64,000 nucleotides of DNA from Candidatus Bathyarchaeota archaeon (GTDB lineage: Archaea > Thermoproteota > Bathyarchaeia > Bathyarchaeales > Bathycorpusculaceae), in assembly GCA_963717465.1 (NCBI GenBank), contig OY970340.1, forward strand, positions 2,976,001 through 3,040,000. Direction: 5' to 3'. The position numbers and the translations under genes are program-made. The notes below the pieces were generated by a model. That model was not told the origin of the DNA and did not search any database. It was given only the letters and a program-made list of their open reading frames with translations. This document shows, in pieces, positions 1 through 11,302 of this stretch (position 1 is its first letter; each line of letters starts with the position of its first letter).

Positions 1-258
1 GAAGTCTATTTTGCCCGCTTCCTTAAAGATTTCTTCTTCTATTGCATCGCAGATGAAAAGCTCCATGGCTGCGACACGGGTAAATGCAGCTCTTAGAGAA
101 ACAGAATTTGTGCAGTCAAGTTTTGCTTCCAGACGCAGGATTTGGTCAAGAAGCTGAGGTTTTTTGTATTTGTATCCTTCCGCTTCCAGTATAGCTTTTA
201 CTTCAGCAGTTGGCAGAGTAGGGTTTTCGCCTGAGAGTAAAAAGAAGAGTTTAGGCAC
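1..258 (-). CDS. trm11: tRNA (guanine-10-N2)-methyltransferase Trm11-like protein, N-terminal part (runs off window edge)
   Basis: Manual translation from GTG at 258: MPKLFFLLSGENPTLPTAEVKAILEAEG..., resembling the N-terminus of archaeal THUMP-containing Trm11; overlaps the prs stop codon. Confidence 0.7.
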   Translation of the reverse strand, partial: MPKLFFLLSGENPTLPTAEVKAILEAEGYKYKKPQLLDQILRLEAKLDCTNSVSLRAAFTRVAAMELFICDAIEEEIFKEAGKIDF

Positions 259-1150
259 TTTTCTGCGCCACAAGTTCTTTGCTAATTAAAGGCGCAAGTG
301 AAACCTTGCTAACAGAACTGTCTACGCTGTCTGTGCCAACGATTTCTTCAACGCCAGCCTCTAAAATTCTTTTTTCCGCATCACCGATTAGCAAGGCATG
401 CACACAAGCGGTGAAAACATGTTTTGCGCCAAGATCTCGAAGAATTTTTGCTGCGCCGACAATCGTGCCGCCAGTGCTGATTATATCGTCAAAGATTATG
501 GCGGTCTTGCCTTTAACGTTTAAACCCTCGCCAGTTTGTACTGTTTGCCCAGTATAACGGTCACGTTCCTTGTTTAAGTGCCCAGCTTCTCCGCCCAGCA
601 CCTTTTGAGCCTGCTGTGCAATGTACAGTGCCCCCTTGTCAGGAGCCAACGCATAAGCACCAGCGAACCCTTTTTGTACAAAGTACTCTGCTAAAAGCGG
701 TATGGCGCTTAAAGTTTTAGCTGGAAACCCAAACTGTCCAAGAGAGCTTTCTGAGTGAATGTTAGCGGTTAATAACTCGTCAACTCCAGCAGCCTTAAGC
801 ATACGCGCAACAGTCTGAACACTTACACCTTCGCCTTGCAAAAACATTTTATCCTGCCGAGCATACGCCAAGTATGGCACAACAGCAGTGACCCGGTTTG
901 CGCCGCCTCGTTTGGCTGCATCTGCCATAAAAGCAAGCTGGAAAACTTTTGCATCTTGACCCGGCGGACAAGTTGTTTGAATAATAACTGCAGGGTCATT
1001 TTGCACGTTGCCTTCTATACGAACATATGATTCTCCATCCGGAAAAACTTTGGACACAACGGACAGGTGTTCCATGCCAGTTATAGCACTGATTTTTTGA
1101 GCTAAGTCTTTGGACGCTGGACCGGAAACAATTTTCGTCAGGAAATTCAC
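251..1150 (-). CDS. prs: Ribose-phosphate pyrophosphokinase
   Basis: FPDGESYVRI, VPYLAYARQDK and PRPP-binding IIFDDIISTGGT motifs. Confidence 0.97.
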   Translation of the reverse strand: MNFLTKIVSGPASKDLAQKISAITGMEHLSVVSKVFPDGESYVRIEGNVQNDPAVIIQTTCPPGQDAKVFQLAFMADAAKRGGANRVTAVVPYLAYARQDKMFLQGEGVSVQTVARMLKAAGVDELLTANIHSESSLGQFGFPAKTLSAIPLLAEYFVQKGFAGAYALAPDKGALYIAQQAQKVLGGEAGHLNKERDRYTGQTVQTGEGLNVKGKTAIIFDDIISTGGTIVGAAKILRDLGAKHVFTACVHALLIGDAEKRILEAGVEEIVGTDSVDSSVSKVSLAPLISKELVAQKSA

Positions 1151-1324
1151 ACTCTTGTCTTGATAATGTCAATGACACACTTTAATTCTTTATCGTGTTG
1201 CTGACATGAAGAGACAAAGTTCAGTTAAGAACCTAGTAACCATTATAAAAAGCTTATTTTTTGAAAACTGCAGGTACTATCGATATGGTTTTAAGTAATA
1301 CGCAAGTTTGCATAAAAGGTAAAG

Positions 1325-2122
1325 ATGACATTTATGGATACTTGGCGTTTGCTACCACTCGAAACACATAACGCTTTCATGAACATGGCAATTGATGAAG
1401 CAATTCTCACATCAAGAATTGATGGAAAAGTCCCAAATACCCTGCGTTTTTACCTTTGGAAACCTTCTGCGGTAAGCATCGGCAAGAACCAGAATCCAGA
1501 TAACGAGGTTTACCTTGATGCATGCAAACAGTTGAACATTGATGTGGTACGGCGGATTAGTGGAGGCGGCACTGTTTATCATGATTTTGAAGGCGAAGTC
1601 ACTTACAGCGTAGTGGCGAAAACAAGCGATTTAGGCACAGCAGACATCGCGACAGTTTATTTTAAAATCTACGAGACAATAACTGAAGCATTGCGTCTCT
1701 TAGGGGTGCCAGCTGACTTCAGCCCGGGCGACATGAAAAATTGCCCTAACCTGACAGCTAAAGGGAAAAAAATTTCAGGCAGCAGCCAAGCCATTAGCCG
1801 CGGCATCGTTCTTCAGCACGGCACAATATTGGTTTCCGCGGATTTGCTTAAAATGTTCAAGATTCTAAAAGTAAAGTCAGCCACCTGCATGCAAGCAACA
1901 GACATTGCAAAACGCAAAATCACAAGCATCCAAAACGAGTTAGGGCGCAGTGTAAGTCAAGAAACAGTTGCAAATGCTTTAGCACAAGGATTCAAAGCGA
2001 AAATTAAAATCCAACTCGATCAGAGCAAGTTAACAAACGAAGAATTAAAGCTTGCAGATAAGCTTTGCAAGAAGTATGCTTCGGACGATTGGACGAAGAA
2101 GTGCATAGCAAGCCAAGGTTAG
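1325..2122 (+). CDS. Lipoate-protein ligase A / octanoyltransferase family (catalytic domain only)
   Basis: NMAIDEAIL, VVRRISGGGTVYHD, KKISGSSQ and LQHGTI motifs. Confidence 0.92.
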   Translation: MTFMDTWRLLPLETHNAFMNMAIDEAILTSRIDGKVPNTLRFYLWKPSAVSIGKNQNPDNEVYLDACKQLNIDVVRRISGGGTVYHDFEGEVTYSVVAKTSDLGTADIATVYFKIYETITEALRLLGVPADFSPGDMKNCPNLTAKGKKISGSSQAISRGIVLQHGTILVSADLLKMFKILKVKSATCMQATDIAKRKITSIQNELGRSVSQETVANALAQGFKAKIKIQLDQSKLTNEELKLADKLCKKYASDDWTKKCIASQG

Positions 2123-3543
2123 GATTTTTCTTTATGCCACCTAACACCCTGCGCTGTATCCTCAATTACGATACCCATTGCTTTAAGCTGCGATCGTATG
2201 GCGTCCGCTTCTTTCCAATTCTTGGCTTTACGCGCAGCCTCTCGCTTTTCAATTAAAGCTTCCACGTCTCCTGAAATGGTTTCTTCAGCTTTAACTTCGC
2301 CTATTACGCCTAAAACCGTATCAAACACCTTCATTAAATCCGCAACTTCCGCCGCTTCCTTTTTGCTTACCGAGTTGGAATCAAGCAGATTGTTAATATC
2401 TCGTACAAAATCAAACAATGATGCCAATGCAATTGCAATGTTTAAGTCGTCATCCATCGAACCGCCAAAACACGCAATTACATTTGCTTTTAGCACTGAA
2501 ATTTTTTCTACGCAACCTTTTCCGTCGGCATCTTGCAAACGGCGCATAAAATTTCGCAATCGCTCAACAGCAGCTTTAGCCGCATCTAAACCTTCGAAGG
2601 TAAAGTTAAACTGTTGCCGATAATGCGTTGACAATAACAAGTATCGGATTGCAATTGGGTCAAAACCTTTCGCCAGCAAGTCGCGGAGAGTATAAAAGTT
2701 ACCAAACCGCTTAGCCATCTTCTTGCCTTCAACCAGTAAATGCTCATTATGCATCCAGACCTCAACGAATTTTTTGCCAGTTGCTGCTTCGCTTTGAGCA
2801 ATCTCATTCTCATGATGCGGAAACATGTTGTCAACTCCGCCGCAATGAATATCAAAGGTTTCTCCAAGATACTTCATGCTCATAGCTGAGCATTCAATGT
2901 GCCAGCCTGGCCTGCCCTTGCCCAGTTCCGTTTCCCAGTAAACTTCGCCATCGTCAGGTGTCCAAGCTTTCCAAAGCGCAAAATCCTGAGCTTCCTCTTT
3001 TGCGTATTCGTCTTGGCTTACTCTTGCTCCAACTTTTAATTCACTAGTTTTTATTTTTGCTAGTTTGCCGTAGTCTGGGAATTTGTTTATTGCATAATAG
3101 ATTGAGCCATCCTCGCCCTTGTAAGCGATGCCTTTCGTCATCAATGTTTTTATTAATGATACCATTTCAGGAACATGATCTGTCGCTTTAGGGTAGCAGC
3201 TTGCTGGTTTAATGTTTAAAGCTTTAATATCCTCAAAAAACGCATCCACGTAATGTTGCGTGTACTGTTTTAGGGGAATTTTCTGCTGCTGGCTTCCCTT
3301 AATTGTTTTATCGTCAATATCAGTCAGGTTCATAACATGTTTAACTTTAAAGCCTCGATACTCAAGCCAACGTTTAAGTAAATCTTCAAACAAGAAAGCC
3401 CTGAAATTCCCAATGTGAGCAAAATCGTAAACAGTAGGACCGCACGTGTATAAACCAACTTTTCCTGACTCTATCGGAACGAAAACTTCCTTCTTACGAG
3501 TCAACGTGTTAAAAAGGCAAATGCCTGAAGATGAATCAGTCAA
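2119..3543 (-). CDS. cysS: Cysteine--tRNA ligase
   Basis: [32 protein letters not shown] and KMSKS-like KMAKR. Confidence 0.98.
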   Translation of the reverse strand: MTDSSSGICLFNTLTRKKEVFVPIESGKVGLYTCGPTVYDFAHIGNFRAFLFEDLLKRWLEYRGFKVKHVMNLTDIDDKTIKGSQQQKIPLKQYTQHYVDAFFEDIKALNIKPASCYPKATDHVPEMVSLIKTLMTKGIAYKGEDGSIYYAINKFPDYGKLAKIKTSELKVGARVSQDEYAKEEAQDFALWKAWTPDDGEVYWETELGKGRPGWHIECSAMSMKYLGETFDIHCGGVDNMFPHHENEIAQSEAATGKKFVEVWMHNEHLLVEGKKMAKRFGNFYTLRDLLAKGFDPIAIRYLLLSTHYRQQFNFTFEGLDAAKAAVERLRNFMRRLQDADGKGCVEKISVLKANVIACFGGSMDDDLNIAIALASLFDFVRDINNLLDSNSVSKKEAAEVADLMKVFDTVLGVIGEVKAEETISGDVEALIEKREAARKAKNWKEADAIRSQLKAMGIVIEDTAQGVRWHKEKS

Positions 3544-3680
3544 TGTTTTAGCCCGTTATTGAAGAAGATTTGAAATTATTTAAGCTTCACTTCACTAAGC
3601 AACTTTACTAGAAATATAAGCTTTAGAAAAGCTTAAAGTATGTTTTCTAAATTATGAACAAGCAAGCTCAAAACGAACTT

Positions 3681-3935
3681 TTAGTCTTCTTCGGTGTCCT
3701 CTTTTGCTAGTTCGACTGACATTGAGTCATCGTGGCTAATTGCTTTCTTGCGTGTGCTTTTCTTGCTAGGCTGTTCATCTCTTCCCTTCATAAACCCCTC
3801 TTCAGCGGCTGTTATTTCATCTTCATCAAGCATCTTTTCTCTTTGTTCGCTATCGTAAATATCACCAGTTTCATCCTTTTCGACATCGGCATCTTGTGAA
3901 AGATACCTTGGCGGCTGTTTCTTTTTTTTGCTCAA
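3681..3935 (-). CDS. Small acidic hypothetical protein
   Basis: 84-aa ORF with upstream GAGGTTG RBS; segment DIYDSEQREKMLDEDEITAAEEGFMKG. Confidence 0.7.
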   Translation of the reverse strand: MSKKKKQPPRYLSQDADVEKDETGDIYDSEQREKMLDEDEITAAEEGFMKGRDEQPSKKSTRKKAISHDDSMSVELAKEDTEED

Positions 3936-4285
3936 CTATCTCAACCTCTTTGATTTTAAGAAAAGAGGCCATTGACTACTTTTATATGTGTGATTGAATT
4001 CACACAATCACAAGTATACGATATCACAAGGTGATTAGTTTTGCTTTTTTCAATGCATAAATGCCAAGTTCAAATTGTTTATAATGCAACATCTCGCCTG
4101 AAAATCTATTAACCTTAAAATTTTCCATAAAAAGCATAAGTAATTCAATATAAATTGCAAAAAACTTGCTAAACGTTTTTATATTGCCAGCGACGCATTC
4201 AGTCTGTCACATTAACTCATGTAATATCCAAAGCTCCTGAAGCTTTCATAAATGGCATGACGAATTCTGTGGCAGGAGAAAATAT

Positions 4286-5437
4286 ATGCAAATTCAATCG
4301 TTTAAAGACTTACCATTAAACATGGAAGTCTTAAGAAGTATAGAGGAACTTGGATTTAAGGAACTTTTTCCAATTCAAGCTCAAGCAATAATACCCTTGC
4401 TCGAAGGTAAAGATGTCATCGGGCAAGCACAAACTGGAACGGGCAAAACAGCTGCTTTCGGCGTTCCTATGGTTCAACGGTTAAACCGAGAAATCAGAGG
4501 AGTCCAAGGTTTAGTTTTAGTACCAACCCGAGAGTTAGCAGTTCAAGTTGCTACACATATTGGGCTATACGCGAAGTATGCGAAGCTGAAAGTCTTAGCA
4601 GTTTACGGTGGAGAATCAATTAACAAGCAAATACATTCACTATCAAGCGGCATTCAAATTGTCGTCGGCACTCCAGGGCGATTAATCGACCTGATGGAGA
4701 GACGCGTGCTAAATCTTGCATCTGTTAAAATGGTTGTTCTTGATGAGGCAGACAGAATGCTGGATATGGGATTCATAGAAGACATCGAGTTTATTCTTTC
4801 AAAAATTTCCGTAGACAGGCAGACAAGTCTTTTCTCAGCAACAATTGATCAGTCTGTTATGAAGATTTGCAGCAAGTACATGAAAAATCCGCAGAAAATC
4901 TTGGTCAGTAAAGATGAAATCGCATTAACCCAGATGAAGCAGTATTACACCGTTGTAAGTCAGCATGGCAAATTTGAAGCACTGACTAGCATTCTTCGCG
5001 GAGGAAAGGTGGATAAAGCTATTATTTTCTGTCGAACTCGTAGAGATACAAGCCGAGTCTCAGAACAACTTAATAGAAAAGGCTTTAGAGTTCAAGCGTT
5101 GCATGCAGGTTTTACTCAAGCTCAAAGAGACCGCGCTATTAACGATTTCCGAAACGGTAGACTAAACCTTCTCGTAGCCACTGATGTTGCCGCTAGAGGC
5201 TTAGATATTCAAGGAATAACGCACATAATCAACTTTGACGTCCCACAAGATGCCCCAGTCTATTTCCACCGCATCGGCAGAACCGCACGCAAAGGAAACG
5301 AGGGCACAGCAATAACACTGGTAAGTTACGGTGAAATGTCGAACTTTGACAACATTAAATCTCTAACTAAAACCAAAATAGAAGAAATAGGATCATCCAT
5401 TAGCAAGGATGAGTCACCGATTCAAAGCTTCTATTAA
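4286..5437 (+). CDS. DEAD-box RNA helicase
   Basis: AQTGTGKT, PTRELA, DEAD, SAT, ARGLD and HRIGRTAR motifs. Confidence 0.97.
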   Translation: MQIQSFKDLPLNMEVLRSIEELGFKELFPIQAQAIIPLLEGKDVIGQAQTGTGKTAAFGVPMVQRLNREIRGVQGLVLVPTRELAVQVATHIGLYAKYAKLKVLAVYGGESINKQIHSLSSGIQIVVGTPGRLIDLMERRVLNLASVKMVVLDEADRMLDMGFIEDIEFILSKISVDRQTSLFSATIDQSVMKICSKYMKNPQKILVSKDEIALTQMKQYYTVVSQHGKFEALTSILRGGKVDKAIIFCRTRRDTSRVSEQLNRKGFRVQALHAGFTQAQRDRAINDFRNGRLNLLVATDVAARGLDIQGITHIINFDVPQDAPVYFHRIGRTARKGNEGTAITLVSYGEMSNFDNIKSLTKTKIEEIGSSISKDESPIQSFY

Positions 5438-5516
5438 ATTTTTTCCAAAAAATTTTTCAACCCGTATAACAAGAGGCTGTATAGGCCTCAAAACTCTAAA
5501 TATTTTTATTAATGAT

Positions 5517-7406
5517 CTACGCCATTTTTTGCATTAAATTTGTTGGCGATTGCTTATTCATTCGTAGCACGATAATTGTGCTTAAACCACACATACTTAA
5601 CAGCAAAAGTATTAACCCGCCAATAGAAGCAACCGAAAGTTGAAAAGAAATTGTAGCGCCGGAAACCAGAAAGAGAAAATTGAATAACATTCCAAGCGCG
5701 ATTCCAACTGGAGCTGTTAGAAGCATAAGTGTAAGACTCTCAAGCAGAACAATCTTTGCTGTGTAATTAGGCTTAGCACCTATAGCTTTCAGAATGCCAA
5801 AATCGGGTTGGCGACCAGAAAAAGAAACAAACATACAGTTAAGTAACCCAATCATCGCAGTTATAACAGACAACAAGGGGAAAGGCAGAATAGAAAGCCA
5901 AATACCATCAATATTCGATAAGCTCTGCTGACGCACGCTATTCAGGTTGACTGCAATCAGACCATACTGCGCTGCAAGACTAGCTATTTCCCGGATACAA
6001 CTGTCGTTTTGGACTTTAACAAGGACAAGATTTTGCCCGCTGATTGAATTTAGTGTCTGCACCGTATCCAGAGGAGCATAAACGACAAAGCCTTGATTCA
6101 TCGGATCCAACAATACATTTGCTATCGGCATGACCACATTTGCACTGGGGTTATTGTTGTAAATTTGAATCTCTTGTTTAAGAGGAACATCGAAAATTGT
6201 GTCAGCTAAAGAAGTTCCTATTACGGTTGCATCAGTGTTTGACGTGTTCCAGCCCAAGTCTTCTATGGTGTTATTTGGGTCCACTCCAACTATTAGTGCG
6301 GTGGAAGAGCGAGGGGGAGATTGGCCGTATGTGATGTATTCTGTTGACCCGTCAGAGTCGGCGACTGGCTCTACAGTTTGAACTTCTTTCACGGTTGCAA
6401 ACATAAGGAGCCTATTATCGATGGCGGTGACTCCCTGGACAGAACCAAATTGCTGAACAAGAGTTGTGTTGATAAAAAATTGTGGTTCAAGAAAATTGAA
6501 GCTTTGAATGGCACCTGTTGAAGCATTTAAGTTAGTCGTCATTAAAGCGGCGTACTCGTCTATCACTTGCTTGTTTCCCACTGCGATTATGTTTTGCTCA
6601 TATAGGTTGCCAACATAAGTTTTCGTTGTGGACCAAGCGACAACGCATCCAACAAGAGATACAGTCATCAAAACAATACTAAGCATAAGACATATTATGG
6701 CTAGCTTAGACCTCGATTTGCTCCTAATCATGCTTTTGGAAACTAACTGAAACGTCCACGGCAATTTATTGAGAAACTTTCTAAACCCAACAAGTTGCTC
6801 TTTAACAAAATCGAAGTTTTGAGTATCCCCTGAAAACAAGTTTATCGGCGCAACTTTAAACATCGCTTCCGCTTCCCGCCCAGCAATAAACCACGAAACA
6901 ACAAATGACACTACTAGAAGCCCCAAAATTATGAAAATGTAAAATATGCCTTGAGGAAAAAAGGCGAAAGGCAAAAAAGCCGCTGAGTAAACCGAAAAGG
7001 CCGCAGAACCGGTTAGACAACCTAACAGGCAGCCACAAACAATTATCATTAGTGGCTCAGCCATGACGTAAGAGAAACCGAGGTCGCCTGCGCTGCCTAA
7101 AGCTTTTATTAATCCAGCGTCGCGTTTACGGTCAGCCATCATTGATGAGAACAAAAAGTAGATGTTTAGCATGCCAACCAGAAAAATCAAAAAGCTATCA
7201 AAAAATATAAAGCGAGAAACTGTACCCGATAAAAACATCGTAGAAGTGTTGGTTTGGCTCGGATTGAAAATTAGCCCTAAGCTTTGCCCAAGCAAGACTA
7301 GAAACGTAGTGCTTGCAACGCATATTATTAGCCCAATTAGTGCTAGTGTTGGTTGAATTTTTTTATTTTTGAACACTTTACGGGCAAAGTCAATGTTTCC
7401 TAGCAA
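5517..7406 (-). CDS. ABC exporter permease (FtsX/MacB-like, duplicated permease domains)
   Basis: Multiple TM segments, two GLIKALG/GILKAIGA motifs and a large extracytoplasmic loop; directly after the ABC ATPase. The ORF extends to 7457, but TTG at 7406 is the more plausible start. Confidence 0.85.
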   Translation of the reverse strand: MLGNIDFARKVFKNKKIQPTLALIGLIICVASTTFLVLLGQSLGLIFNPSQTNTSTMFLSGTVSRFIFFDSFLIFLVGMLNIYFLFSSMMADRKRDAGLIKALGSAGDLGFSYVMAEPLMIIVCGCLLGCLTGSAAFSVYSAAFLPFAFFPQGIFYIFIILGLLVVSFVVSWFIAGREAEAMFKVAPINLFSGDTQNFDFVKEQLVGFRKFLNKLPWTFQLVSKSMIRSKSRSKLAIICLMLSIVLMTVSLVGCVVAWSTTKTYVGNLYEQNIIAVGNKQVIDEYAALMTTNLNASTGAIQSFNFLEPQFFINTTLVQQFGSVQGVTAIDNRLLMFATVKEVQTVEPVADSDGSTEYITYGQSPPRSSTALIVGVDPNNTIEDLGWNTSNTDATVIGTSLADTIFDVPLKQEIQIYNNNPSANVVMPIANVLLDPMNQGFVVYAPLDTVQTLNSISGQNLVLVKVQNDSCIREIASLAAQYGLIAVNLNSVRQQSLSNIDGIWLSILPFPLLSVITAMIGLLNCMFVSFSGRQPDFGILKAIGAKPNYTAKIVLLESLTLMLLTAPVGIALGMLFNFLFLVSGATISFQLSVASIGGLILLLLSMCGLSTIIVLRMNKQSPTNLMQKMA

Positions 7407-8097
7407 TCTCAGTAATTCTCCCTTTTGCAAGACGCATCGTTGTATCAGCAAGCTCAACTAACCGTTCATCATGTGTGACGATAATCATGGTTTTTTGCTG
7501 ATCTTCACAGATTTTCTTTAGAAATGCAATAATTTCTCGGCCAGTTTCCCAATCTAGATTTCCTGTTGGTTCATCGGCAAGAATCAAAGGCGGATCATTG
7601 GAGAGAGCTCTGGCAATCGCTACTCTCTGTTGCTCACCGCAACTCATCTGAAAAGGAAGATGATCAGCTCGATCCATTAATCCAACCAATTTCAAAAGCT
7701 CATTCGCTCTTGATTCAATCGTTGATTCATCTTCACAATTAGCAAGCACCATGGGAAACTGAATATTTTCAAGAGCCGTTAAAGTTGAAACTAAATTGTA
7801 AGTCTGGAAGATGAAGCCGACATTAGTGCACCTAAAATAGGATAGTTCTTCTTCATCAAGGTCCACGAGATCAGTATCGCACACTTTAAGCGTACCACTT
7901 GAGGGTTTATCTAAACCACCTATAAGATTTAGTAGCGTGCTTTTGCCAGCACCCGAGTGACCAAGAATAACAACAAACTCTCCTGAAGCAATCTGGAAAG
8001 TCGCCTCATCCAACGCGACTATTTTTTGGTCTTGAAAATCAAACTGTTTAGTTAGCTTTACTGCCTCAACGCTACCTACTGATGCCTGCTCACCCAT
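7390..8097 (-). CDS. ABC transporter ATP-binding protein (LolD/MacB-like)
   Basis: Walker A GHSGAGKS, signature [21 protein letters not shown]-loop VTHD. Confidence 0.96.
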   Translation of the reverse strand: MGEQASVGSVEAVKLTKQFDFQDQKIVALDEATFQIASGEFVVILGHSGAGKSTLLNLIGGLDKPSSGTLKVCDTDLVDLDEEELSYFRCTNVGFIFQTYNLVSTLTALENIQFPMVLANCEDESTIESRANELLKLVGLMDRADHLPFQMSCGEQQRVAIARALSNDPPLILADEPTGNLDWETGREIIAFLKKICEDQQKTMIIVTHDERLVELADTTMRLAKGRITEIARKH

Positions 8098-8336
8098 TAG
8101 TGTACCGACTGATTACCGTTTTGTACTTGTATATCACTAGAGCAAAATACGTCTTATGGTACAATCATTAACTCAGTTTACTCAAAAAATAATTATTAAA
8201 ACAAAAAGCGATTTGCATCGAAAAAAGGATTACTTTTTGTTAATTTTGGCTTAACGGGCTGCCTACTTTTAGCTAGGCAAAGTTGCAGAAATCGAACCAG
8301 TCTATTTTAGTTGTAAAGTCTTCTTACAGAAGATGT

Positions 8337-9188
8337 TTATAATGAATAGAATAACCGTTTTCCAAAGGCAGCTAAATTGTGTTTAATTTTGTTCTTGTTC
8401 CAACTACAATATTGACACTCTGAGAATTTACCTTCCTTTTTAAGAATAGACTTTTTAATACTTGAGTAATTAGATTTAATCAGGTTTCCAACAGGGTTAC
8501 GTAAGCCAAAATCAAAACAGCAAAGATAAACTGAGCCATCAGGTAAAACAACAGGAGCTAATTCTACATGAAACTTACTACACCAACCATAGGGTTTAGC
8601 TTTCTTTTGTATACATCTGACAACATTTTCTCTATTGTTACTGACAAAATTTTCATTCATACTCATAGTTACTATATTGGGAAGTTTTGATTGCAATTCA
8701 AAAAAAACATTTCGATAATCTTTTGTTTGAGGTTCATGCATAATATGTCCATCAGGTAAATGCACACAAAAAGCTCGAAAGTGCAACTGTTTTAACTCTT
8801 CAACATTTTCTCTGGTAACGCCCCAAAGAGTAGAAAAGATGTCAATTTTATGCCCAGCAGCAGACGCTAATTTAATAAACTCTATACAGTTAGGATTAGC
8901 AAAAGGTTCGCTAAACCCAGAAAAAATAATATTTACATTTCTTGGAGTGTGTTCAAGAATTTTTTTGAAAACCTCTATAGACATCATTCGATTGTCAGAA
9001 CCGTACCGGCGTAAGAGAGATTCTTGAGGACAATATTTCAAACAGCCGACCGGGCAACCTATGTTAGTTGTTATTTCAAGACTTAAGGTCAAGCGAGTGC
9101 GCTCGTTTGTGTTTACTGTAATATCCAGAGGGATTAGTGGTAACTCAGTTTCGCTGATTGTCTCGTTTACACTTTTTCCTTGCAGCAT
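8337..9188 (-). CDS. Radical SAM protein with C-terminal SPASM/twitch-like domain
   Basis: GCPVGCLKYCPQ cluster motif (CX3CX3C), FSGFSEP, PDGSVYLCCFD...GNL...CQYC. Confidence 0.85.
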   Translation of the reverse strand: MLQGKSVNETISETELPLIPLDITVNTNERTRLTLSLEITTNIGCPVGCLKYCPQESLLRRYGSDNRMMSIEVFKKILEHTPRNVNIIFSGFSEPFANPNCIEFIKLASAAGHKIDIFSTLWGVTRENVEELKQLHFRAFCVHLPDGHIMHEPQTKDYRNVFFELQSKLPNIVTMSMNENFVSNNRENVVRCIQKKAKPYGWCSKFHVELAPVVLPDGSVYLCCFDFGLRNPVGNLIKSNYSSIKKSILKKEGKFSECQYCSWNKNKIKHNLAAFGKRLFYSL

Positions 9189-9446
9189 GTTTACCGAAAA
9201 AAAATAGATTTTAAATTCTTAAAGAATTTATGAATTTTGAATATTGATCAGCAATAACTATCAATTAGTGTTTGTTCCGGCGTTATTCTCAATTGTACAA
9301 GCATTCGGCATCGGAATTAGCAAATAAAGTTTAATTTGATTTTCATTATTACTCCAAAATGCCAGGCGAGGCAGCGTTTAGCGGAAAATTATTAAACTTA
9401 TAAAGGTAATTTAGAGTTTTATCAGGATAATAATCGTGATAACAGC

Positions 9447-10340
9447 ATGGTTAGTGCAAAAAATTCATTTCGAAGTATTGCGTCGATTCTGCCCGAGCTC
9501 AAAATAATACATAGGCCAAACCACCACAAAAACGGGATTACTGTTATAATACCAACTAAAAACGAAGAAAGATGGATAAAATTATCAATATTATCAGTCG
9601 AACCCTTAGTGGATGAAGTGATAGTCATTGATAGCACGAACTTTGACAACACGACAAAAATTATAAAGAATTTAGCGGAAAAAAATGAAAAAATCAAACA
9701 TATATTTTTAGATTACGAGGCTCCAAACGCAATAGCACTAGCTTGTGAAATAGGGTTGCTAAACGCAAATTACAAATGGATTCTTAAGTGGGAAGGAGAT
9801 TGCGTGTTAAAAACAGAAGCAATCGAAGTTTGGAAAAATAAATTAGATAAATTAAACAAAAATAGGTATTACGTTTTAAGTTTTCCACGCGTCAATTTAG
9901 AAGGAGACATTTACCACCAACCAAAAATTGGTTCGTTTGGAGGACCAGAAGGACGACTTTTAACTTTTAGTCCTGATTTAAGATTTTCAATGAAAATAAC
10001 TGAAACAACACAAGCTGAACAAGTAATGGGAAACAGTATTTGGGGACATCGCTATCCGCCTTGGTACACTGATATAATATGTAATGAACCGTATATTTTT
10101 CATTGTAACATAAAATCTCCAAAGCGAATGTTAGTTCGAATATTTTGGCAAGACTACATGAAACTTAAAAATTCAAACTTATCTTTAGAGCAGTATGTAG
10201 AAAAAAGAGTTGCGGCTGAATGGCATATGACAATGCAGCAAGCAGAGAAAAAAGTAACAGAAAATTTAAACCAAAATTTGATTCCGTATGATGAAGCAAG
10301 ATTTGGCAAGCTGCCTGACCTTTTGACAAAGTCTAATTAA
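9447..10340 (+). CDS. Glycosyltransferase family 2
   Basis: ITVIIPTKNEERWI, DEVIVIDS..DNT and WILKWEGD (DxD-like) motifs. Confidence 0.88.
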   Translation: MVSAKNSFRSIASILPELKIIHRPNHHKNGITVIIPTKNEERWIKLSILSVEPLVDEVIVIDSTNFDNTTKIIKNLAEKNEKIKHIFLDYEAPNAIALACEIGLLNANYKWILKWEGDCVLKTEAIEVWKNKLDKLNKNRYYVLSFPRVNLEGDIYHQPKIGSFGGPEGRLLTFSPDLRFSMKITETTQAEQVMGNSIWGHRYPPWYTDIICNEPYIFHCNIKSPKRMLVRIFWQDYMKLKNSNLSLEQYVEKRVAAEWHMTMQQAEKKVTENLNQNLIPYDEARFGKLPDLLTKSN

Positions 10341-10615
10341 ATAAATAGCGTTCATTGCGTCTATGTTTAAAGGCTTATGGGGCGGTTAAGTTAAAAATAA
10401 TCAGACCTGTGGAATTCATGACTACAAGCACACCACATATTCAATTTTTTGCGTGCTATAGCGTGCAAAGTTTGTGATGTTAATACAATATTTCTATAAT
10501 TTCCTTATTTTAAGATTTAATTTTTTGGATTTCAAATAATTTGACAAAATTTAAATGCAAATAAGGATATACGATAAAATACGGGTAAAAATTAGTTTTC
10601 TAGGAGGTGAAATGT

Positions 10616-10720
10616 TTGCCAAGATGCAAGTATTGCAATAACTCTTTTGACAACGAGGAAGAGTTACAGGATCACACGCATAGAATGCATGGTTTAGAGC
10701 TGGCGAAATCTAAAACTTAA
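10616..10720 (+). CDS. Small C2H2 zinc-finger protein (34 aa)
   Basis: Manual translation MPRCKYCNNSFDNEEELQDHTHRMHGLELAKSKT; perfect GGAGGTGA RBS at 10603-10610. Confidence 0.8.
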   Translation: MPRCKYCNNSFDNEEELQDHTHRMHGLELAKSKT

Positions 10721-11302
10721 TTCTTGCAAAAAATTAAGGAGCGTGTGGCTATTCTTAAATTTGTTCAAGTGGCTTGGACGTTATGGAAGCTTCTTTTATT
10801 CGGAATAGCTAGCCAGAAAAATCTCTTCCCTCACAAAGATAATCCAAATAAGAATAAACAGTCTGCTGATTACTCCGACAAATATGGCTTGTTTGCATCC
10901 TTTTTCAGTTATTATGTCACACTCTCGTTCTTTCTCTCTTCATATGCTTAGCCACTAGGAGGCGCCTGCGCCATTTTTTCGAGAGCCGTGGTTTGAGAGT
11001 TAGACGCGTTCAAATAACGCTCATGCAATTATTTTGAGTCACAAAGGAAAAATAATAAACTAAACAAACTAACTTTTATCTTAAAAAAGTTGTTTTTGTG
11101 AAATGGATGCGTCATAGTTAAGCTAAGATGTCTGATCTTGTGGCGGCAAATTGAAAGTAGTCTTTGATTTAATTTAAATATTCTGCTGGACATTTTATGA
11201 GGAAAGCGCGGCTTCCTAAGCTGCACGCTATTAACCTTTAGGTGGCAGCTACGGATAGCCAAAATGGGCGCGTTTACATAACGTGTGAAAGGGAGCGACC
11301 AA

